Below are positions 58,713-64,000 of a stretch of DNA of 64,000 nucleotides, piece after piece; position 1 is the stretch's first letter; every line of letters starts with the position of its first letter. Position numbers and translations under genes: made by a program. The stretch is taken from the NCBI GenBank assembly GCA_964390005.1, contig CAYMGM010000001.1, positions 129,839 through 193,838 of the forward strand. The letters are read 5' to 3'. This stretch comes from an uncultured Rhodospirillaceae bacterium. Its GTDB lineage: Bacteria; Pseudomonadota; Alphaproteobacteria; UBA9219. The notes below the pieces were generated by a model. The model saw nothing but the letters and a program-made list of their open reading frames with translations. It was not told the DNA's origin and searched no databases.

Positions 58713-60041
58713 ATGAAAACGACAGTTCAACGTATTTCAATTTACGCTTTTTTTGTTTTTAGTCTTTTGAGCGCCAGTTCTGTTTGGGCAGCCGAGCCCG
58801 TGCGCGCTCTTAGCGCCGATGCTTTTTTGAATTCTCTCGGGGTCATTACGCATGTGGCGCAAGGGTATAATCCCCGCCTTTATATTGACCCCCTGCGTTT
58901 TCTTGGTGTCCGACAAATTCGCGATGGTTCCAAAAATCTTTCAGGCATCGTCACGTTGCATGAGAAAACGGGGGTGCGCGTTGCCCTTATCGGGGCAAAG
59001 ATTCCAGAAGTGATTAGTTCAGCCCGTACGTTGGCGGCGCGGGATATGTTGCTTGCGATTGAAGGCCCGAACGAACCGAACAATTTTCCTATCACTTATC
59101 AGAATAGCGTTGGTGGAGGAAAGACGGGCTCATGGGCACCGGTCGCTTTTTATCAGCGCGACCTGTATGCAGCCGTCAAAGCGGATCCTGTTTTAAAGGA
59201 TTATCCCGTTTTTCATGTATCGGAAGGCGGCGCGGAAATAGACAATGTTGGCTTGCAGTTTTTGACGATACCTGAAAACGCGGGCACTTTATTGCCAGCA
59301 GGAACTATTTTTGCCGATTATGCGAACGCGCATAACTATGTTTGTGGAAACGGCAATCGTTATGATGACAATCAAGCATGGAATGCGGCCGATCCTGTTT
59401 TAAACGCACGTTGGGATGGGCTGTATGGCTTGTATGGCCGGACGTGGCTTCGCCATTATACAGGTTATACAAATGAACAGTTGATGACGTTACCGCGCGT
59501 TACGACAGAGACGGGATGGGGAACGGGCCCTCGGGGGGCGAGCGAAGACGTGCAAGGCAAAGTTCTTGTGAATACCTATTTGGCTCAGTTCAAACGCGGC
59601 TGGACTTATACCTTTGTTTATGAACTTGGCGAAGGTGAAGGCGGCGGTGGCAATTATGGGCTGTTCCATAAAGATTGGACGCCAAAATTAGCTGCGACCT
59701 ATATTCACAACATGACGTCGATTTTAGCCGATACAAAACCGGTCTTGAAGCCAGGAAGTTTGGCTTACAGCTTATCCAATCAACCCGCGACGGTTCACGA
59801 TCTTCTTTTGCAAAAAAGCGATGGGGTCTTTTATTTGGTTGTTTGGGGCGAAAAAGTCTCAGGCAGCGACGAGGTACGCGTTACTTTGGATAAGCCCGCG
59901 GCTGTTATCGATGTTTTTGATGTTACGCTGAGCGACGGTCCGCAGCAGCGTCTTAAGAACCAGTCTGAGGTTCCCTTAACGCTATCGGATCACGCGCTGA
60001 TTTTAAAGATTTCGAACAGCAAGAGCACGCCGAGCAAATAA
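58713..60041 (+). CDS. secreted glycoside-hydrolase-like protein
   Basis: Signal peptide MKTTVQRISIYAFFVFSLLSASSVWA. TIM-barrel-like conserved acidic positions (LAIEGPNEPNN, TTETGWG) are reminiscent of GH clan A enzymes. Confidence 0.45.
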   Translation: MKTTVQRISIYAFFVFSLLSASSVWAAEPVRALSADAFLNSLGVITHVAQGYNPRLYIDPLRFLGVRQIRDGSKNLSGIVTLHEKTGVRVALIGAKIPEVISSARTLAARDMLLAIEGPNEPNNFPITYQNSVGGGKTGSWAPVAFYQRDLYAAVKADPVLKDYPVFHVSEGGAEIDNVGLQFLTIPENAGTLLPAGTIFADYANAHNYVCGNGNRYDDNQAWNAADPVLNARWDGLYGLYGRTWLRHYTGYTNEQLMTLPRVTTETGWGTGPRGASEDVQGKVLVNTYLAQFKRGWTYTFVYELGEGEGGGGNYGLFHKDWTPKLAATYIHNMTSILADTKPVLKPGSLAYSLSNQPATVHDLLLQKSDGVFYLVVWGEKVSGSDEVRVTLDKPAAVIDVFDVTLSDGPQQRLKNQSEVPLTLSDHALILKISNSKSTPSK

Positions 60042-60042
60042 A

Positions 60043-60306
60043 CAGGCGCATACAGCAAAGTTGCAGAGCTAAAAAGAATGACCGCGGTGCAAAACCGCAC
60101 TGAGCAAGCAAACAGGCGCATACAGTTAAGTTGCAGGGCTTAAAAGAATGGCTGCGGTGCCACGCCGCACTGAGCAAGCAAACAGGCGCATACAGTTAAG
60201 TTGCAGAGCTTAAAAGAATGGCTGCGGTGCCACCGCACTGAGCAAGCAAACAGGCGCATACAGTTAAGTTGCAGGGCTTGAAAGAATGGCCGCGGCGCCA
60301 CGCCGC
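60043..60306. repeat. about 3.8 tandem copies of a 68-70-bp repeat
   Basis: The units begin with CAGGCGCATACAG at 60043, 60113, 60183 and 60251. They are more than 90% identical, and the last unit is truncated by the tRNA-derived repeat. Confidence 0.9.
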
Positions 60307-60334
60307 TGGTTGGGGCGGGAGGGATCGAACCTCC
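60307..60334 (-). repeat. 28-bp direct repeat of the tRNA-Gln 3' end (partial tRNA copy, att-like)
   Basis: TGGTTGGGGCGGGAGGGATCGAACCTCC is identical to 60391-60418. It is followed by the hairpin TGTCGGCC-TTT-GGCCGACA. No 5' half of a tRNA is present. Confidence 0.85.
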
Positions 60335-60390
60335 TGTCGGCCTTTGGCCGACAACTAAATTTAGCGGAGGTTCTACGGATGGTTGGGCTT

Positions 60391-60465
60391 TGGTTGGGGC
60401 GGGAGGGATCGAACCTCCGCATGGCGGAATCAAAATCCGCTGCCTTACCGCTTGGCTACGCCCCA
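60391..60465 (-). tRNA. tRNA-Gln (anticodon UUG)
   Basis: The reverse complement reads UGGGGCGUAGCCAAGCGGUAAGGCAGCGGAUUUUGAUUCCGCCAUGCGGAGGUUCGAUCCCUCCCGCCCCAACCA. This is the characteristic tRNA-Gln sequence with a U1-A72 pair and anticodon loop UUUUGAU. Confidence 0.85.
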
Positions 60466-60742
60466 ATATCACATCGGCCGATTCATAAATGACAACGACG
60501 GTTGCGAGGGTCGGGACAATAACTTGCCTTATCCCAAAGAGCAATCCCTCTTTTCAGGCTATTTGAAAAAAATTATCCAGCGTAATCAATAAGGCAGCCC
60601 CTTATGCATGTTGACGCTGTTTTTAGGGGCTTGGGCTGTTCCAAACGGTAAAGCTTTGTTTGATCGCGATAAACTTGTTTTTAACACTCTAGGGCGTAAG
60701 TCATGGGGGAGACCATCATTTTTGACGAAAAAGGATTGCCCC

Positions 60743-61228
60743 ATGAGCAAAAGCGCAACGCTCTTAGACCGCACGTTCGATGAAGGCGTTGCCTTGACGA
60801 TCGAGGCACGAAACTACATTTCCTATCACGAACAAGCCGACCGCCGGACCTTTGACCTGCCGCAGTGCTTGAATGTCGGGTACCACCATACGCGGGTCTC
60901 GGCGCGGCTGATCCAGATTATGACGTGGCTGCTGGCGATGAAAGCGCTGCTGGCTGGCGAGATCTCACCCGAGCAGTTTAACTCTCCCGAATACGCCTTG
61001 GCTGGCGGTGAGGAATGCGAAAGCGACATGGGGCCCGAGCTTGGCGATCTGCCGCAAGGCCTGCAAAGCTTGCTTGAGCGTTCGCATGCGCTTTATGCGC
61101 GTATTCTGCGCCTTGATGCGATGGTCCGCAGCAAATTGGATGCGGGCGAGGTCCCTAATTTCGGGATGATCCAAGGGATCAAGATCATCGATGAAGAACC
61201 GGCGCAAGATTATAACGGGCGCTATTAA
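60743..61228 (+). CDS. hypothetical protein (possibly DUF1465-like)
   Basis: About 161 aa from MSKSATLLDR, with a GATT-like RBS region. The ORF track begins at 60608. Acidic C-terminus. Weak family assignment. Confidence 0.35.
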   Translation: MSKSATLLDRTFDEGVALTIEARNYISYHEQADRRTFDLPQCLNVGYHHTRVSARLIQIMTWLLAMKALLAGEISPEQFNSPEYALAGGEECESDMGPELGDLPQGLQSLLERSHALYARILRLDAMVRSKLDAGEVPNFGMIQGIKIIDEEPAQDYNGRY

Positions 61229-61250
61229 GACCGTATTTTTGAACCCAACA

Positions 61251-61292
61251 AAAAACCCTTCTTTCATTTGAAAGAAGGGTTTTTTGTAAGGG
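61251..61292. terminator. bidirectional rho-independent terminator
   Basis: AAAAACCCTTCTTTC-ATTT-GAAAGAAGGGTTTTTTG between convergent genes. Confidence 0.75.
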
Positions 61293-61319
61293 CAACAGAG
61301 ACCCAAAGAAAAGGAGGCG

Positions 61320-61628
61320 TTAGGCCTTCTTCTTTTCTTTCTTGGCGCCAGTTGTCACTTTGATCTTTTCTTCGGCAGCTTCGGGCTTGGCTTCGGCAGC
61401 CTTGTCCTTCGAGCCCGTCAAGCCAGCAAAACGCTTGTTGAACTTGGCCAACTGACCGCCGCGATCGACCATACGATGTTGACCCGTCCAAGCCGGATGC
61501 GTCTTGGGGTCGATATCAAGCTGCAAACGATCACCTTCTTTGCCGTAGGTGCTGCGGGTCTTGATTTCGGTCCCGTCTGTCATGATGACGGTGATTTCGT
61601 GATAATCGGGATGAATGTCCTGCTTCAT
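61320..61628 (-). CDS. rpmE: 50S ribosomal protein L31
   Basis: [49 protein letters not shown] is canonical L31. The ORF track starts further upstream at 61724, which is unlikely. Confidence 0.9.
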   Translation of the reverse strand: MKQDIHPDYHEITVIMTDGTEIKTRSTYGKEGDRLQLDIDPKTHPAWTGQHRMVDRGGQLAKFNKRFAGLTGSKDKAAEAKPEAAEEKIKVTTGAKKEKKKA

Positions 61629-61833
61629 TTTGCGCTTCTTTCTCGCGTATCGGGCCCTATAAGAGGGCCTTTTGGTCATAAACTCTCTGGCTCCGGGGCG
61701 CGGATCGCGCGGACGCGGAATCAATGCGTCTTTCTAGGGAAAAGCTAAGGTAAATGCAAGATCTTCCGTTTTTTTTTATTTCGGGCAAGCCTTTGGGTGA
61801 AAAATGCATCTCTAACACATTGAAAAACAATAA

Positions 61834-62586
61834 CTAACTTGCCGCGGCAACAACGGACAGAAACTGAAAGAGCCTCTCGGAGGTTGGATTCTTTAAAATA
61901 TCGGGCCCGCCGCGCTCAACAATTTCGCCGCCAGCCATAAATAGGACTTGGTCCGCCGTGTGGCGGGCAAAGCCCAAAAGATGGGTAATCAGGAAGATGC
62001 CGATGCCTTTATTTCGCAAGGCTTTGAGATAGGCCAGAATATTGGCGACCTGTTCGACATCAAGGGCCGAGGTGATTTCATCAAGCAGTAAATAGCGCGG
62101 CTGCAACAGAACGGCACGCGCCAAAGCGGCGCGTTGGCGCTGACCCAGAGAAACCTCATTCGGATAGCGGTCGATAAACGAGGCCATGTCGAAAGCTTCA
62201 ATCATCTCGGCCAAGCCATCCATCGCCCCGCCGCGCAAACGCACGGGCAAGAGGATATTTTCCCGCAGCGTCAGATGCGGCCACAGGAACAATTGCTGAA
62301 AGACGGTTGTGACCAACGGCCACGGCGGCACAAAAGGCGTATCGGCGGCCAGCGGAAAAGAAAAGCTTTGATCATCGACACAGATCGTGCCGCTGGCGGG
62401 CGGATCCAGTAAAGCCAAGCAGCGCAAAAGCGTTGTTTTGCCGGTGCCGCTGGGGCCGATAAGAACCGAGATTTCGCCCGGACGTATCGCAAGATCAATC
62501 GCTGAAAAAACGGGCACGCCGTCGTCATAAGCGAAGGAAAGATCGCGTGCTTGCAAAGCGGGGGAAGAGGGGGGCTGATCCGTCAT
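61834..62586 (-). CDS. ABC transporter ATP-binding protein (polar amino acid type)
   Basis: Walker A GPSGTGKTT, LSGGQ-like LSLGQRQRAALARA, and Walker B LLLDEITSALD. 250 aa. Confidence 0.85.
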   Translation of the reverse strand: MTDQPPSSPALQARDLSFAYDDGVPVFSAIDLAIRPGEISVLIGPSGTGKTTLLRCLALLDPPASGTICVDDQSFSFPLAADTPFVPPWPLVTTVFQQLFLWPHLTLRENILLPVRLRGGAMDGLAEMIEAFDMASFIDRYPNEVSLGQRQRAALARAVLLQPRYLLLDEITSALDVEQVANILAYLKALRNKGIGIFLITHLLGFARHTADQVLFMAGGEIVERGGPDILKNPTSERLFQFLSVVAAAS

Positions 62587-62589
62587 TGT

Positions 62590-63255
62590 CTAGCGTTCGG
62601 AATAATCGCGTGTGGCGCGTTTTTTCAGCCAAGCCGCGAAAAGGTTGATGGGCAAGCAAACCATAAGGAAGAAGACAGCCAAGGCCGTATAGATTTCGAT
62701 AGGGCGATAGATCAAACTGTTGATGCGCTGCGCGACGCGAAAGATTTCTTCGACCGAGATCAAGCTAGCAAAAAGCGAGGCATGCAGAACGCCAACTTGC
62801 AGCACCAACAAACTTGGCAGCAATTGTTGGAACAAAATAGGCAGTTGGATATAGCGAATAATCTGCCGCCCCGACATGCCCGAGACGCGGCCTGCCGTGA
62901 CATATTGCTTGGGAAAATCGACCATGGCCTGTCGAACGGTTTCGGCGACGGCGAAAAGATTGACGAGCCCCAAGGTCAGCGAAGCCGTATAGAAAGGATC
63001 GATCACAACGCCGAACAGGGCTTGCGCCGGATAATGCAGCCAAAACAGCACAACCAGCGCCGGAATAGCCGAAAAGGCGAATGAAGCGCCGCGTATAAAC
63101 CGCCCCCACGTCTGCCGCCTATAAGCGCCGATGGCGCCCAAAGCGATCCCGCCTGAAAGACCGAAAAACCAAACGACGCCGCAAAGCGCAAGCGTCACGC
63201 GCAAGCCTTGCAGAAAGGCGATGTGATAATTGATCAGAATGTCAAAGACGGACAT
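62590..63255 (-). CDS. amino-acid ABC transporter permease
   Basis: Five TM helices with the EAA-like loop region (VAETVRQAMVDFPKQYVTAGRVSGMS) of HisM/GlnP-type permeases. The start is placed at MSVFDIL. Confidence 0.8.
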   Translation of the reverse strand: MSVFDILINYHIAFLQGLRVTLALCGVVWFFGLSGGIALGAIGAYRRQTWGRFIRGASFAFSAIPALVVLFWLHYPAQALFGVVIDPFYTASLTLGLVNLFAVAETVRQAMVDFPKQYVTAGRVSGMSGRQIIRYIQLPILFQQLLPSLLVLQVGVLHASLFASLISVEEIFRVAQRINSLIYRPIEIYTALAVFFLMVCLPINLFAAWLKKRATRDYSER

Positions 63256-63268
63256 AAAATCCCCGTTG

Positions 63269-64000
63269 TTACGGCGCGCCTTCATAGGGCGCGCGCAGGC
63301 GTAGATAGGTGCCGGGGACTTCTTCCCACTTGTCGATGATACGATCCCACTTGCCGGTGTTGACAATATCGTCGATCATCGCGTTAAAGAAATCGCGCAA
63401 GCCCCATTCGTTTAATGGAACGACCATTTCAAACGGCATGACCTTCAGCGGTTTTGTCAGCGCGATTTTCTTAATCTTGCCGGGGTTGTTTTTGCTGTAT
63501 TGAATAAAGCCGTTCATATCCCAAAGGACGACATCGGCTTTTTTGTCGATCACGTCTTGCAGCAAAAGCCCATAATCGGCTGAAGCGGGCTCTTCGATAA
63601 TCGTCACGTTTGAAAACCATTCGCGAGCAAGCGCGGCGGTAACATTGCCTTCTTGAACGACCATGCGGACGTCTTTTTTATCTAAATCGTGCCAGTCAGC
63701 GCCAAAGCGCGTTTCGTCGGCGCGCACAAAAGGATAGATCCCAGAATACAGCATCGGCTTTGAAAACAGAACGGCGCGGTTTTGCGCGGCGTCGGGCCAC
63801 ATCGGGGCGCAGACGGCATCAAAACGCCCCGTTTGCAAAGCGGGGACCCAGTTGCCAAAACTAACTTCTTCGGTCCATTCGACCTTGATGCCTGTTTTCT
63901 GCGCAAAATAATCCATCATATCGACGACGATCCCGGACATGTGGCCGTCTTTTTGATCGCGCATAACAAAGGGCGGGAAGATATAATAGCCGCAGCGCAG
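63269..64000 (-). CDS. ABC transporter substrate-binding protein (family 3), N-terminus beyond the window
   Basis: SBP_bac_3-like sequence. No signal peptide is visible at the ATG at 63964, and the frame stays open to the window edge, so the gene is 5'-truncated here. Confidence 0.65.
   Translation of the reverse strand: MRCGYYIFPPFVMRDQKDGHMSGIVVDMMDYFAQKTGIKVEWTEEVSFGNWVPALQTGRFDAVCAPMWPDAAQNRAVLFSKPMLYSGIYPFVRADETRFGADWHDLDKKDVRMVVQEGNVTAALAREWFSNVTIIEEPASADYGLLLQDVIDKKADVVLWDMNGFIQYSKNNPGKIKKIALTKPLKVMPFEMVVPLNEWGLRDFFNAMIDDIVNTGKWDRIIDKWEEVPGTYLRLRAPYEGAP

Noticed and set aside
60043-60306. Tandem 70-bp repeats considered as a possible CRISPR array
   Set aside because: The units are contiguous with no unique spacers between them, and the unit length (about 70 bp) and lack of a palindromic short repeat do not fit CRISPR architecture.
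60307-60390. Second tRNA-Gln-like gene adjacent to the real tRNA-Gln
   Set aside because: Only the last 28 nt (T-arm and acceptor 3' strand) are present. There is no acceptor 5' strand, D-arm or anticodon arm, so it is a partial att-like copy and not a tRNA.

Overview
This 64-kb window looks like an alphaproteobacterial chromosome of high GC (roughly 58-60% by eye), with gene content resembling Acetobacteraceae, though I cannot confirm the taxon. Most of it is syntenic core metabolism. Core genes I can support are a MoxR-DUF58 pair, cca, class II DAHP synthase, nadE, two purC paralogs plus purS, recG, an AraC regulator, an MCP, sdhE-mfd, ppiD, tpiA, gluQ, a complete sdhCDAB operon on the minus strand, rpmE, and an amino-acid ABC transporter. 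Two tRNAs are present: tRNA-Pro(CGG) on the plus strand at 29370-29446 and tRNA-Gln(UUG) on the minus strand at 60391-60465. Each is followed by a perfect direct repeat of its own 3' end, which looks like an att-site scar. Two accessory regions stand out. The first (30.5-41.2 kb) is a tightly coupled cluster unlike any characterised pathway I can name. It holds a divergently transcribed Ddl-family ATP-grasp ligase and a ten-gene operon: an alpha/beta hydrolase, a membrane-anchored MurF-like Mur ligase, an acyl carrier protein, a FabG-like SDR, an AMP-dependent ligase, LuxE-like and LuxC-like proteins, a NeuD/PglD-like acyltransferase, a periplasmic TPR protein and gluQ. It looks like a lux-type fatty-acid-reductase and acyl-carrier module joined to a split ATP-grasp plus Mur-ligase pair. 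I read it as a candidate new cell-envelope lipo-peptide or lipo-amino-sugar pathway, but that is inference. The second region (46.2-60.0 kb) is a lower-GC surface-polysaccharide locus. It contains GT4 and GT2 glycosyltransferases, an acyltransferase-3 O-acyltransferase, a Wzx flippase, a pyruvyl transferase, a Wzy/ligase-like membrane protein and a secreted hydrolase. Embedded in it is an AT-rich triplet of phage tail-fibre-like ORFs, and it ends at a 70-bp tandem-repeat array abutting tRNA-Gln. I saw no CRISPR array, transposase or integrase. All coordinates for alternative starts are my own estimates from the translated ORF track.
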